DNA of 64,000 nucleotides from Eledone cirrhosa (GCA_964016885.1 OZ024752.1:9052001-9116000), one strand, 5' to 3'; positions 1-14,324 are shown, counted from the first letter of the stretch. Numbers and translations: made by a program. The notes: generated from the letters alone by a model not told the origin.

Positions 1-247
1 AATATACATGAGGCAATAATATGATATAATTACAAGAAACACATATAACAAATAATAAACAACAAAATTATATAATTCAATAAAATATAATAAAATAGAT
101 ATCCCCGGTTAATTTACAGAAACAATATAGATGTCACAATAAAATACAATGATAAAACGTTAACAGTGTATTAACATGTACCATAAACAATATATACAAA
201 TTGATTCATACTGGGTTACAGAATAAATGAGGAAATATAAATTATAT

Positions 248-1207
248 AACTAGACATGAAAAATGCGCAAGCTCAAAAGTGCCACAGAATGTTATAATAA
301 ACCTTCAAAAGTGTGGGACTAGAGTTGTTGCTAAAAAAATATTGTAATCATTATATATCGTACATTCTGTGGCATCCTTTATAAAAATAGCTTAAACCAA
401 CGAAGCCTTTATTTTTACGCTATTTCACTTAGTTAATTCTTAGAGTGTAACATATAAAAATAAATACATCTATGTTTAATGTAATAACAGCTATAAATAA
501 TTACGTAATATTATTATCATATACTCATAGTAACAAAATAATTGTGTTGAAAATTAATATGATGCTTATATGAACGATCAAATCTATAATGATAATTTCT
601 TAAATATACTAATAGTAAAATAATTTAGTTATCTATTGTTACATTTTCATAGAACTATAATATTAACAATCGTATTGCATTATCAAATTTTTATCACTAC
701 AAACTTTCATATTGGAATTACCTTAAGCCACTTATTATTACTTCGCTTTCGTACTTTTACAGCTGTAGATATTGCGCTGTATCTTATATCTAATATCAAT
801 ATCTCATGGTAATTTGCATGCAGTGTAAAATAGGTTTATTAATAACTTTAATATGAAATGTATTATACAGGGCTGCGGAGTCGGCCAAAAATTGACTGGC
901 TCCAACTCAGGATCCGATACTCCATTATTTCCTAAATTTCAGCTCCGCAGCTCTGTTATTATATAAATTAATTTATTTTATAGTTGTAAATCATATTTTT
1001 ATATGTTACACTCTAAGAATTAACTAAGTGAAATAGCGTAAAAATAAAGGCTTTGTTGGTTTAAGCTATTTTTATAAAGGATGCCACAGAATGTACGATA
1101 TATAATGATTACAATATTTTTTAGCAACAACTCTAGTCCCACAATTTTGAAGGTTTATTATAACATTCTGTGGCACTTTTGAGCTTGCGCATTTTTCATG
1201 TCTAGTT
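248..1207. repeat. Long inverted repeat (~215-bp arms at 248-462 and 994-1207), MITE/foldback-like
   Basis: Arm 1 (aactagacatgaaaaatgcgcaagctc...gtgtaacatataaaaata) is the near-perfect reverse complement of arm 2; ~530-bp spacer. Confidence 0.85.
868..955. mobile_element. Tiny hAT-type MITE
   Basis: TIRs cagggctgcggag ... ctccgcagctctg; 8-bp flanks gtattata / ttattata (7/8 match), consistent with a hAT TSD. Confidence 0.65.
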
Positions 1208-1799
1208 TAATATTTTTTTAAGGCAACGCTTGTAATAACTCTAGTTAAACAGGATATATATTAATAATAAATTATCGTTGTAATGTAATTAGATTATGTA
1301 ATTGTTATTATAAATTATCTTATAAATATTAGTGTAAGATGTATAAAAATATTTTCAGACTTTTAATATAAACAACTACAAAAAACAATCAATATTAAAT
1401 CAATATATTATACATAATAGAAAACATAAAATAAACAATACAAAAACAAAATATTTACATACAATTGCAATTATCAGTGTATATACATTTTCTTTATATT
1501 CCCTGAGCAAATTAATAAGATTTGTTTTTATTGTACATAATTTGATGACTTGTTGGAGTGTATTAAAAGATAGCAACAATTTGTGATTAAATTGTTATCT
1601 TAAGCAACTCACTTTTTAATAGTTGTTGGCTGAGCGAAATTGTAAAAGCCTATGAGCAAATATAAAAAAAAATACACAAACAACATTTCCTTGTGTTATT
1701 ACAACATTAGATAAAATAATTGAGCAATGTCGTTATATTTTGCTCTTATTGCACATTAATAGTGTTTCTATTTTTCGGCACAAATCCATTACGGCAGTC

Positions 1800-1925
1800 C
1801 ATTACTGGTACTTTATTTTATCGAATTAGTAAGTATGAAAGTCGAAGTTAACCTCGGCAGGATTTGAACTTAGAATGCAAAGGACCATAACAATACTGCA
1901 AAGCATGGTGTCTGACGCTCTACCA
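1800..1925. repeat. SINE-like interspersed repeat fragment (related copies ~12050-12100 and ~60770-60850)
   Basis: Shared motif ttactggtact(t)tattttatcga...atgaaaggcaaagttaacctc..gatttgaactcaga in three places; resembles common Octopus repeats. Confidence 0.55.
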
Positions 1926-2399
1926 ATACTTGTGTTGAGCTGGTCATTAATTTATGGTGGTCGTGCGTGGAGTAGAGCAATCGCTAGTTGAAATATTATG
2001 AACAAAACATTTTTATTTGCCGAAGAACATATTTTCAATACTGTTTGTGAATGTGACGAAGGAAATACATTCTGATATGGAACAGTGTACAAAGTGTGTC
2101 TGTGAATAACATAATGTTACCTCATGTTGTTGTCAAGACATAATGGATTTCGTATATCCAGTTAGAAGATGAAACCTAGCCATCTCGGATTAGTTATATT
2201 TCATGCCATGTGTAAACGTGTTTGAGGATAGCAAAATATGCGTGTTTCTTGTCTGGAAACTTTCTGCTAAACTGATTGGTTTCGTTTTTGGCACTATACA
2301 ATACTCATCCAACAGATAGCTGTATTGGATCCTTGATTGGTTAATATTTAGGTGAGGGTGCTTGATGCAGAGTTAGTGCAAAATGGATCAATGAGTGTA

Positions 2400-3050
2400 A
2401 TAATAATAATGATAATAATAATGAAAATATTGTGTACAATGCTGAGGTGCACTACAACTCATCAAAAGTGCATATATAATACATAGGGTAATATAAAAAC
2501 GTCAGGAAAAAAGAACAGTTCATGAGTCATGATATACACATATGTGCATGTGTATGGAAGGGAGACATCAGGTGTAGTTTTAGTGTATTTCGGAATGTAT
2601 GATGGTTTTAAAGGATGCAGTGTGTCATCAGCTAACAACTGATGCAGGAAGTTTGTTCCATCCTTCAGCAACTCTGAGCATGAAGAAATATTTCCTAAAG
2701 TCATGGGAGCTGTGTTGTTTTCTGACTTTGTAGGCATGTCCACGTGTTAGACACATGGAGATCAAAAAGGTGTTCGGGGTTGTTGTTGGTCGGATGGTTA
2801 ATAACTTTGTGGGTGTTTACCAAGTCCATTGCCAGAGGGAAGCAAAATATTCAGGGTATGGTAGGTGTCTGATGGAGGGTATGCGCTTGGTTGCATGTCT
2901 CTGAACAGTTTCCAGGAGGTCAATGTTCTGAGCAAGATAGGGGTTCCAGACTGATGACGCAAACTCCAAGTGTATTCGTACCATAGATGTATACAGCTTT
3001 AAATAGATGGCTGGAGAGCAGCTAATGAAGGTCTTGCTGATTGATGCCAA
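2400..3050 (-). mobile_element. CR1-type LINE 3' fragment (RT C-terminus)
   Basis: ORF 2817-3050 LKLYTSMVRIHLEFASSVWNPY...LETVQRHATKRIP is a typical CR1/L2 RT tail; (taa)n at ~2400 is a candidate 3' tail. Confidence 0.75.
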
Positions 3051-4539
3051 GTCAATCTTAATAAATTGACTGATTTATCTGTTCACTACTGCTAATCCAC
3101 TGCTGTTTGTACAATTTTTTAGATAATGTCAATTTGAGCTTGAATCATTGGCGTAATGAAATTTGAAAAGATTATAAGCAAATCTTTTTTAAAATACACA
3201 GACAACATTTAACTGTATCGTTGCAACATTAGATCTAATAATGGAGCAACATTTGTGCAGAATTATTGTTTGTGCAATAAGATATTTTTTTTCTCCTATT
3301 GTTGATTTAAATTTCATATGTCGATTATTATAGTTGAATTAATAAAAAAATTAAATATTACATACAAATAGTTTAACATAATAATAAAAAAAATAATCCA
3401 ACACAATAATAATAAAATAATTTAACACAAAACAAACAATATAGACAAATATACAAGTAAATATGATACAACCAATATTATAAGCATGTTATATAAATAA
3501 ATCTTGTAATTTAATATATAATAGTTAATAATTACTTTTACAAAAGCATATTGGCAAATGGACAAGTAACTATTAACTATATCATTCATATAAAAGTAAA
3601 TAAATGTTACAATCAATATTGGAAGGTGCATTATAAAGATATGTAAATAAAAAACGTTTATAATTTATTTTAATATATTTTTAAAATATAAGACTAAAAA
3701 AAAATTTTTTAAAGAAAGTATAAAATACAAAACAAAATATAGTTGACACCACACAATGTGCAGATATATAATTTTAGTCAGCCATATTAATCCAAAGTAT
3801 CAGAGGATTTTTGTGTTGCTAAAAAAGGCACAAAAATAGTGTATGTATTTTCACATAAAAGGCTTTACCTTATATAATTATCTCATATAATATTGAATCT
3901 ACGAGAGTTTTATGTTATTTATTTTGAGAAAAATACCTTACTATCAGTATGAGTGGCTAATTATGGCCAGTTTGAATAGAAAGAGGCGAGAGAATTATGG
4001 TCGGATATGGTCTCTTTAAATGCTAAAGCGCTAGAGAGTTTCTGGTACAAAAATTAATACATTGGAATTTAAAATATAATACAACATTGAAAGTAGTTGA
4101 TATAATGGATAAAAAATAAAAGATTTATAAAATTAGATAATAATAGATAAAAATATGCTTAATTTAAGATAAAATATTGATAAAATTATAATACATAAAA
4201 ATTGATATCATACGGAGAGTATAGTTCAGTGACAAAATGGTCACAAGAATATGGTTGAGTGACATGTGTTTTCAATATTATATCTCAAAAGGCCATAGTA
4301 GCTGCAAACCAATTTCACAATTTCCCGAGGGTAAAAAAACAGCAGACATTCACCATGAAGATAATATATCTCAATGGTGGGACTGGATTCATATTCCAAT
4401 AAATTCAGAAATGCCCTAAAGAAATAGAAACAAAGCAATAGTTAGAGATAACAAGACATCTCTCAACCTCTGTTACTTTTTCTTAGGATCAAGCAAATTT
4501 TTCAAAAAATGCTTGCTGCTGTACATTGGCGGTGAAAGT

Positions 4540-5400
4540 TCAATTCAACTTTTCTAAAAACAACAGGTAGTTGTTAAGCAGTTTCGACGGGAAACCTATA
4601 TACTGCTTGGAAAAGACGGCATCGTTAATAATGTCCCATCTGTCCTGATTGCGGACGATGCTGGTGTAGTGCCCGGAGTCTGCACTAGCCAGTGAATGCA
4701 AGACGGAGCCGATTAGTCGGAATTTTTGGCCGTAAATGCTCTGCTTGTTCGGAGAGAAATTCATCAACTCAGAATCAATTCTGATCATCTGATTGTTTGT
4801 ATATTCGAATCTATTCAAATAAACAACCAAGTAACGCATTGTGTTTGGAAATACATGTACCAAAGTGCTCGGTGTCAATGCCACACAGATCGCATCTCTT
4901 AATGAGCGAAACATCAGTTTTGAGCAAGCTTTTGAATTGCTGCCGACCATTAACAGGCTGCAACGTCAGATCAGACTTGACATCAGTTATATGTGTGCAA
5001 GTGCCACAGCCGTTGATCGATGCACAATAACATTCATCATTGTGCAATCTGGGGCAATTGTGCTCGTGTTTTCTAGTGCAGCTGAGCCAAGTATTTTCCT
5101 CAAAGGTGAATAGTTGTTTAATTTTTTTAGAGAACAATTGATAAATGTGCTTCCAAAAATCGTGCGCACACTGTTGGGTACCATCATTAAACCTGCCGCC
5201 GAGGATATTTCTCAAATTTGCGACCGATTTAGTTCCAGATGACGATATAATATCGCTAATTTCACGAATAGCAACATCATCAGTGGACTGAATGTGTTCA
5301 ACCAACAACACCAGCTGGCGTATAACTTGCATGGTGCTGTTTACAAAGCAAGCATTTCTCTCATTGATCAGCGAAATGTACGGCTTTGCAACCGTTTTCT
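4540..5400 (-). pseudogene. Ubiquitin-specific protease (peptidase C19/USP)-like domain at the Helitron A C-terminus
   Basis: Cys box LINERNACFVNSTMQ, QQCAHDF (QQDAxEF-like), YLNRF, His box SVLHSLASADSGHYTSIV...WDIIND. Confidence 0.8.
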
Positions 5401-5715
5401 CAGTTCTGGCCTTTTTTGGATTCGCCAAGTTGACCATTCCACTGTCAATATTAATAGCAAATTTCCCTTTTTTAGTTGCTTTTTTGGCCTGTCCAATACT
5501 GTTGGGCCTCACGTTACACAATGGAAGCGGTCCCATATTAATGGTCTCTCTCAAATAATTGTATTCTCTCCAAGCACTAGAGTCGCACATGATCAAACTC
5601 GTTGGATCAAGATCAATCAAGTAAACATTGCACAGTTTGCGGGCTCTAGACAAGGCTACATAGGCCATACCGTCTGCAAAAACGCCAGTGCCCAAATCAA
5701 CGACTCCATCGACAC

Positions 5716-7850
5716 TTATTCCCTGTGATTTGTGGATGGAAATTGCATATGCAATGCACAAGGATATTGTTCTCTAGTGATAAAAACACTAGGAGACAAT
5801 TCGTAATCGGCTTTGACACGTTTGATGGCAACAATTTGGTTTGTACTCTCAAAGAGAACGTCAATGGAAGTAATTTTTCCAAACTCATAATTGAGTTGCT
5901 TTACAGTTCCCATTGCACCATTGCACAAGCCTTTCTCAAGATCGATGTTGCGTTTAAGCATAACTCGAGCATTAACGCCAACTTTAAGAACAGTTTCAAG
6001 GCCAGCAGTATGAGAAGTCTTTTTAGTGGTCAGCTTTTTTCTTTTTGTTTTCTTTTGACATTTGGTTTGCCTCATATTCGAATCAATAGCCATAAGTTCA
6101 ACGGTATTAATGCCAAGTTTATTGAGCATTGCAGCGTTAAACTTTTCTACTGACTCGTTTAGAGGCATGATACAGACGATACTCAAATTAGAAGTCTGAA
6201 TCAGCTCACACATTTTGTAAGCAACCTGATCAATGGAAACTTTGCCGTTGAGATCAATTCTATGCTTATTTAGAATTTCAATATCTGAATCAAGTGGTGA
6301 ACCCAGCCTTATTCGGCCGAGCATGTCAACATAATTATCCAAGTCTTCTTTCTGACGCATGTTGACTGTCAACTCGTCGTACTTGAAGTACCTCCACAAA
6401 TGGTGGCTGCTGACGCCTATGCATGATCTTTGTGCATCTTGGTGAGTAACTTTGTTAAACACCGGCTTTTCTCTAACAGGCAGTAATTGAAGCAAATCTC
6501 CAAAAACAACAATGTTCATTCGCCCGAAAGGAGAAATGCCTTGGGCAAAGTCACAAAACAATTGGCACAATCTCAAGTGAATGAATGCCAACTGCAAATG
6601 ACTGACCATGCTAATCTCATCGATTATGATCAGTCGGACATATTGAAGCCCCATCCTCAGCATTTTCAAAAAGTCCTTTGGATCATCGTACACGGGAGTT
6701 TTACCGTGCTGCACTTTGAGCTTTAGCATTCGATGAACAGTCATGCCGTTGAGTTGGAAAGCAGCCATTCCTGTGGGTGCCGATATCACTACGCTCGGGC
6801 CATTGTCATTTGGATACATGTACTGAATTTTATCAGCCAGTACATTTATCAAAAAACTCTTGCCCGTGCCACCAACACCTGAAACAAATTTCAAGACTTG
6901 TGGACAATCATCGCAACTACATCTCGGATAAGGTTTGCTGTTGTCCCAATGTTTGTCTTGTTTGTCAATACCGGCAACGATATCGTCATAAATTTTTCTT
7001 TGCACTTCATTCAGTTTATTTTCTTTATGCCTCAGTGCATCCTCAGCGACATCTCTCATGCAAGGCAAATCGACATTAGCATCATCAACTGCCAACGCCT
7101 CCATGTGATCACCACAAGAATGGTCATCATTATCATGAGACTGAGGTTCGTTTGGAATATGTTTGGCTTGTTCCAGCGCATTCTCCAAACGTTTGCGCAC
7201 ATTCTGGAACCTGACCATTTCAGATAAATGGTTTGCGCACTGTTCAAAAGACTCTTTATAAGTCTCACAACCTCCCAGCAAGTCTTTTTCCTCGTCTCGC
7301 CAAGGTTTAAAGAGCATAAGCAGGTTGTGGTGATAGCGCTCACAGGTATCTGCAGTCAATCTAATGTTTGGCGACTTCACAATCCGCTCTTTCACAGATT
7401 TGAAATAGCCAAGATTATTTCTCAACCTGAAGTCGTCATCAAAATTGCTGTTACCAATTGGATTCACATGTTCGTATTTACTCGCAAGTTCATACAAACA
7501 CATGTGCTCCATCGAATTAGGCCTGTTTGGATACCAATTTTCAACCATATTCTCGTAATAAAGATCGGTAGAATACGGTTTCAATTTATCCAGTTCATAC
7601 TGAGGCCTGAACCTGTGGGATCGGTAACTAGGCAAATCGGCTCCAATCCAAATGAGGCTTTCAGAGCATCCATAAAAATGGTGGCCAAGCAATTTGTTTG
7701 CAGCCTCATAGGCACCTGTATCACGCTTGCCCATCAGCTTAAGTCCGACACTCTTGTATCTGGAGTAAATGGACTTGGACTTGTCAATCTCAGCCCAAAT
7801 ACCTTCAGTTTCAGTCTTTTCGGACTTTGTCTGATAACTAGTAACATATC
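5716..7850 (-). pseudogene. Helitron A Pif1-family SF1 helicase
   Basis: SGVGGTGKS (Walker A), APTGMAA, IIDEISMV, FGDLLQL, NMRQ, RVMLKRN..LCNG; motif AYAISIHKSQG...YVALSR continues in ORF 4811-5761. Confidence 0.9.
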
Positions 7851-10800
7851 TTCACCGATGTATTGGATATCGACATTAGCTTTCCAGACATACAGAACAA
7901 CAGGATTGTAGTCATTGATGCACTCTTCCCCTTGTTGTCTGTCAAGCTTGTACAACTTTTTGACAGCTCTACCTTTGTGTCGAGATTTTATACACTCGTT
8001 GACGCTAAGCAAATTGAAATTCCCGATAGGACGAGGAAATCCAAACCTGCATCGAGTGTAAAAACGACCACTCGAAAATATTTGCCTTTTGCAGGATCCA
8101 CTACAGACATGTCGTTGAAAACGCAACACCAAGTCTGACAAAACGGGGCTTTCTACATTGGACGACATGCGACATGTGATCATGGACTGTATAAACGTCT
8201 GAATAGCATACTTGTCGTCTCTGTCCATAATAGGGCCATCTTTAATCCATAATTTCATGTGAACATGCGGAGCACCTCTCATTTGGTATTCCAACCTCCA
8301 AAAAAAGTGCTCGACAATACCAAACGGAGAATTGGTATGTTTAACAACTTCTTTCATAAAGGTGGTGAACCTATGGTGAAAATGTTCGCTAACAGCCACC
8401 ACGTCATCCGCGCACAACTCATTGGTGCGTTTTCTAGAAATGTCTGGTATATCAGCATTCAACTTTTCCAGGAACTCTCTCAGATCAGGCCAAAAGTACT
8501 CTGCACAAGACAAAGTTAAGAACAAGTGGGCCGGGCCAAATTTCTCGTCCATAGCCATCAAGTCTGAACATTTTCTAGACCAAAACTGCTTGGAACCACG
8601 GACATTGGCCATCATCATATTTAAATTGCCCTCTAGGTGCCTGTCATTTTCATGAAGCCGCCTTCTAAACTCGCTTATAGTCATGCGGCTGTTTTTGGTG
8701 GTCTTCATGATGGCATATATACCAGAATCAATGCCTCTCTTGTCGGCTTTATCAAGACAAAACATGAGATATTGTATATCTCGCCGAAATCTAGAGTCGC
8801 TATGATTCAGTCTGTTTCTTATGAACATGTATGGCTTTACAGCGCCAAACGGTCTATTGTCCACGAAAATGCCAAACTGACCAGTTGGATAAAGACAAGG
8901 AAAGCACAACAACTCAAGTTTTTTATCATTGTCTGCAATGAAATCGCCTTCCACTCTTTTCATTTTGTACAAGGCCAAGTCAGTGTCTGCAGGGAGACAC
9001 GGATTCATGTCTTTAACAGTGTGATGCTCATAGGTAATGCCAGCATTCGATTTAAGTAAAAGATTATCGAATTTGGCATTATTAACTCCCGAGCACTCGA
9101 CAATGTTTTCATTTTCCGTATCGGCGTAGCGATTGATCTTAACATCGGCATACATTACATTGTTTGCTGCAAGCCAATCAAGTGCCTTCAATACTTTACT
9201 CATGTCTACCATTGAACGCCAGATAATTTGTTTCCGCGAAGGCAAGCTATCAACGACTATTTTAAGCATGTCGTCTTGAAGCGCAGGTAACGTATCCATG
9301 GTGCGGTTAATAGTTCCGTCCATAGGCAAAGGCAAGTGAATTGCAATTCCTTTAATAGCGGAAATGCATGCTGAAATATTGCCTTTGAATGAGTATGGCA
9401 CCAGTTTTATTACATTGACGAAACATTTGGCCCGTTGTACAAGTATTCGCTCATATGTATTAAGATCAGCAAGTTCTTTGGGAACGGCAGCAACGCCCAA
9501 GCCATTTATTGAGGCCATTGAAGGCACCCCACTGTTGCGCAAATGTGTAGTGCATGTTGTGCAGACTGTGCAAGGCAAAGAGTAGTTGGTAGTTATTGCA
9601 TCCTTTGCAACGGCCGTTTTAAAATATCTAGAGTTCCAATTATCCCAAACTTTTAGTTCCTTGCTATATTTGCGCAGTTTGCAGATATGACAATGTTGGA
9701 TTTTATAGTTGGTAATTTCAGATTGAAATCTTTGAACTTGATTACCATATTTATGAATGACATCTGCATCAGTGTCTTCGACATCATTGAAACCAGTGCA
9801 CATATTATTGAATTTAACTGCAATAGCACGCTCAATGTTGGCAACGTCTGTCAAATTCTCAAAGTTGGTCCAATCGCCATTGAAAACAGCTTCATTGTAC
9901 TTGTTGAGCCAAATACATAAGGACCGAACTTTATAAATTTTCCTCAGCAATGTGCGCAACTTTGGCGAGTGAACTGCTATGGATTTTAAAAAGCCAAATT
10001 CACTGGTGCAGCCAGTTTGACCGATGCAGTGCTGATCATTATCATGAGTAACATTGCAAAACTCATATTTCTCGATCAACTGCCTTATTTCAGCAACTGT
10101 CATATCGGGATTGAGTTTTGGAAGTTTATCATCAATTCTTTGGCACAAAGTTAGACGAGCAGCTGAGTCATTTGGACATGTATCTAATATGGAAGACCCG
10201 CAAGGTCTAACCAAACATTTAGACACATCATTATCATCATTCTGCTCGTCAGCATTAGCCATGTCATTCACAATGTTGTCTGTCTCCTCATTATTGATAA
10301 CGACTATTCGGACTTTCTCAACGGACTGATTTTTAAACTCATCCATTTTCATGTACTTTGCAGTGCTCTTGTCAAAATTAGGAAGCTCATTGGTGGAACT
10401 GTGATAATGTTGATTTCCCCAATAATGCAACAAACCGTTAGCATTGACCTTTTCCATCAATGTATGCACAGCTTTAACATTTATTTTTAATTGAGCATAC
10501 ACAAAATCTCGCATCCCAACAGATCTGGAGAACACACTCAGCACGTGACTATGTGCGTCGTTGCGAAGATTGGTATCTGTTATTGTCTTTTTATATGACT
10601 TAACAAATTGGGACATCAAGATCTGATGCTGCATCCGGAAGTCAAACATTTTATTTAGTTTCTTTATTTGATACAAAGACCGCTTATGAAATTTTTTTTT
10701 ATAGTATGTTTTCTCATAAGACTGTATATTATCTTTATGGTGAATTTTATACATAACCTTTGTTTGTAATACTTTGTCTTGATTTGCAGATCTGTACTTG

Positions 10801-11225
10801 GTCTGCTCTTTAGCCAACTCGGTACGTTTAGAAGCTCTACGCTCGGCTTGCTTTTGAGATATAATAGCTGAATTTGCAGATCTATACTTGGCCTGCTTGT
10901 TTGCCAACTCATACCGTTTTGAACATCTATACTTGGCCTGTTTTTGTGTTAATTTAGCAAAATTCACAGCTCTATAATCGGCCTGTTTTTGTCTCAACTT
11001 CTCCCGATTCCGCATCCGGTAAGCTGCTTTCACATCCAATTTAATACGCCCATCTAGATTATTAGCACAGGAATGTGAACAAGCTTGTGGGACCGCATCA
11101 TTGTAAGTATATGAACTGCCTGCAACATCAAGACCCAATTCACAAGTGCAGCGTTGCTCATTCACATCGGCAGTGGGGACACCAAAATCAGTGACAGGTC
11201 TCGATTCACTCGCGAGATACATCAC
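7734..11225 (-). pseudogene. Helitron A N-terminus and Rep (HUH endonuclease) domain
   Basis: FLTLSCAE (motif I), EYQMRGAPHVHMKLW (HUH motif II), DYNP..NVDIQYI; motif III YVTSYQTK lies in the next frame at ~7850-7825, continuous with ORF 5716-7734; N-terminal ~15-aa KQAKYR repeats. Confidence 0.85.
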
Positions 11226-11253
11226 AGCTACACTATATATTTAAACATATATA

Positions 11254-11310
11254 CAGTGATACCTCGCTACTTGGCGGTTCAACTATCGCGGATTCACGAT
11301 TTCGCGCATT
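11254..11310. mobile_element. Pogo/Tigger-type TIR end
   Basis: ta|cagtgatacctcgctac...cgcggattcacgatttcgcg; partner end not found. Confidence 0.45.
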
Positions 11311-11628
11311 TTTAGAATATATATATATGAACACCTAAAATTTTTCATTAAATCCATTAAAATATTAATAATAAACACAGTTCTAATCATACGCTATATA
11401 TATATATATAAATATAAGTAATTAATACCGTATAAATGGTACAAAGACTGTTTATGTAAAATGTATTTCTCAACAGAGTATTGAATACTTAGGAGAAATT
11501 CAAAACGAAGAGTGATAAAATTTCAAGCAAAGAGTTTAATTAGGTAATGACTTACAAATTTGTTTCAGTATATAGACAAAGCCTGAAGCGCTAATTATAA
11601 TAATTAGTTAATAATATTACAAAATATA

Positions 11629-11680
<52 letters not shown>

Positions 11681-12719
11681 TTTATCTAGTCCTTCGCTCA
11701 AGATTAATCTATAAGTTTAGATGTCTGCTTTCGTTTAAGTAAATATTACAGTAAGATTTTTAATATAAACAACTACAAAAAACAATTAATATTAAAACGA
11801 AAAAATTATCAATGATAAAAGAAGCGGATGCAACTTTTTTTTTTATAAAGTTATATTCCTGTTTCTTTAAAGAACATTTCATTTTTGTTCTATTGTAGGC
11901 GAAATAATGCAATGGTTTAATAGGGAAGATATAACTTACCAATTATGTCTCTAACCGTGTAACGCTTTTTAAGTAGATAACTACAATTGAAAATACTAAA
12001 GAAATGGAACCAACAATTCAATTTGAAACTCGTCTACTTATAGTGACAGTGTATTACTGGTACTTTATTTTATCGACCCCGTAACGATGAAAGGCAAAAA
12101 TGCAAATGCTTAAAATTTAAATTGCCTTAATTCTATCGTCTGCTGTTTCATTAAAGGGAGATTCTCGTCTGTATTTAATTCTATCGTCTACTGTTCCACT
12201 AAACAGATATACCTCCACTATCGTCTCTATTTATACATTTTAACTTATAACTTATACACATTTGATTTGAAATATTTTATCTAGTCCCCCCTCTCAATAT
12301 TATGATGATTTCTTTCGAATGAAACAGTTCTAGTCCTGTAGAAGCCATTTATATATATAATTGAACTGAGTTAAAAATTCACAATATTTATAATTAAATA
12401 AGCTCATATATATATGTGTGTATTTATCTGTTTATTGTATTATATATAATGTGTGTATATACAGGATGTCCCCCAAAAATATACACACACTTCAACAGCA
12501 TTCTAATAACTATTGCCTGTACAGGTAATCAAAGTGTCAATCGAATGTTAGTTTCGTGTTTTAACAGTACAAATTTACAATACACACATAAAACCAGTGT
12601 ATATACATACATGAGTGTGTATACACATACCTGAATGTATATATATATAGACACATATATTCACGGTGCAACGGAACATTAAAATATAGATGCGGGGGGG
12701 GGGGGGTGTATATATAGGG

Positions 12720-13055
12720 GCGCTGGGGATAAAGGAGTGTAAAGCGTAAGTGTGTAATTGATATATTGAAGGAGAGGAGCGTGCAGCGATAGAGTAACAA
12801 ATATATAGAGAGGGGGAGAGATGGTATTGAAGGGGAGGAGTGCAAAGCGAAAGAGTAAGAGAGATATATATAGAGACGGAACAGATAGAGAGAAACAGGC
12901 GTAAGTAACAGTGGAAGAGATATAGAGGGAGGGGGTAATAAATAAATGGAAATATAAGTGTAACAGTATAAGAGATATATAGAGAGGGGGAAATGTGTTA
13001 TTGAAGGGGAGGAGTGTAAAGCGAAAGCGTAAGATATATATAGAGAGAGGGGGAA
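12720..13055. repeat. Degenerate purine-rich minisatellite (~60-65-bp units)
   Basis: Recurring attgaagg(g)gaggagtg.aaagcgaaag.gtaaga.atatatagagaggggg. Confidence 0.5.
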
Positions 13056-14324
13056 TAGTATATATATATATCAACACTTACTCTGATTGGTTGAAAATTA
13101 GCCAATGACATATGATCACCACCACCACGGCTATCCCCGGAAAATTTATGAAGAAGTTACGCATATATGTTAGAACACGAAAAGTGAACATTCTGTTGTT
13201 TCACACTTTTCGTGTTCTAACAGATACTCAAAAAAACTATAATGGTACAGGGAAAAATTATGATGTTACAGAAAAAAATATAGACATCTAACATGATATG
13301 TAAAGTCTAAATATAATGTTACATATAATGAACAGTAAGTAATAAGGATCAATATTACAATATTACAAAAATCCAGACATCTTACATGATATATAAAGTT
13401 TAAATATCATAATGTTATATATAATGAACAGTAAGTAATAAGGATCAATATTACATACAATATAATATAATATATTATAAAATTGGCATAAAATATATAA
13501 ATACTTATAATTACAAGGTTAGTAGACAGACAGTGAATAGTAAATAGAATATAGAATAAAACAAATAAATACAATCAACCGGAAATTACAAAACAAAAGC
13601 AAATATATACGCACTTAGGCCTCGCGTGCATTTAAGAAATTAGGTAAACACTAAGGAAAGCAATCATTTTAATTGACTCCAAACCCTATTTGATAAATTA
13701 ATATTAAAAATATCGAACCCGTCCAATAAGGTAGTATAATATTAGCTGTAGTTTAAGTCATTAAAGTATATAAACTTTAATGTATCGTTACAAATGTTTA
13801 CAAAAAGGAATGAAAATTATACTATCATATACGCAACGATATCTAAAAAACTGACTTAAGTAGAATTAAGGTAGGCTAATGGGGACAGAATTGACGAAAT
13901 ATATGGAGGGTGCGAAGTGGCATAAAATATAGTCGATATACTATAATAAATAATAGAACGGAGCATAAAAGAGGGGGGGGGGGTAAATATAATCATATTC
14001 AATCTGGAGGGGTTGACAATAAGTTTATGTGCGCATGGGGGGGGGGGGGGGTTGTCGATAGATAAATCAGAATAGACTTAGAAATAAAAATAGAATTAAA
14101 AATAAAATTAAAATTAAAGTTAATGATAATAATAGAATAACGTAAGTGGCGTAAAGTGTGTAATCTTATGTATACTAACAAGGTGTAATAGTGAAGACAT
14201 AGATATGGTACAGTAGCCAAATGATTATGAGAGCTAGAATGAAGAGTCATCAAAAACCAATGATAACATTAATGTTGGCAAACAAAAGAACCCAAACAAA
14301 AAACTAAGTAATGGAATATATCTG

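Larger units (their letters stand above)
4540..11225 (-). mobile_element. Helentron-type Helitron 'A': Rep(HUH)-Pif1 helicase-USP fusion gene broken by 3 frameshifts
   Basis: Four overlapping ORFs join into one protein; frameshifts near 7850, 5760 and 4835; see component features. Confidence 0.85.

Noticed and set aside
4797-10329. Numerous plus-strand ORFs over the Helitron and other elements
   Set aside because: Antisense shadows of minus-strand coding sequence with no recognisable motifs.
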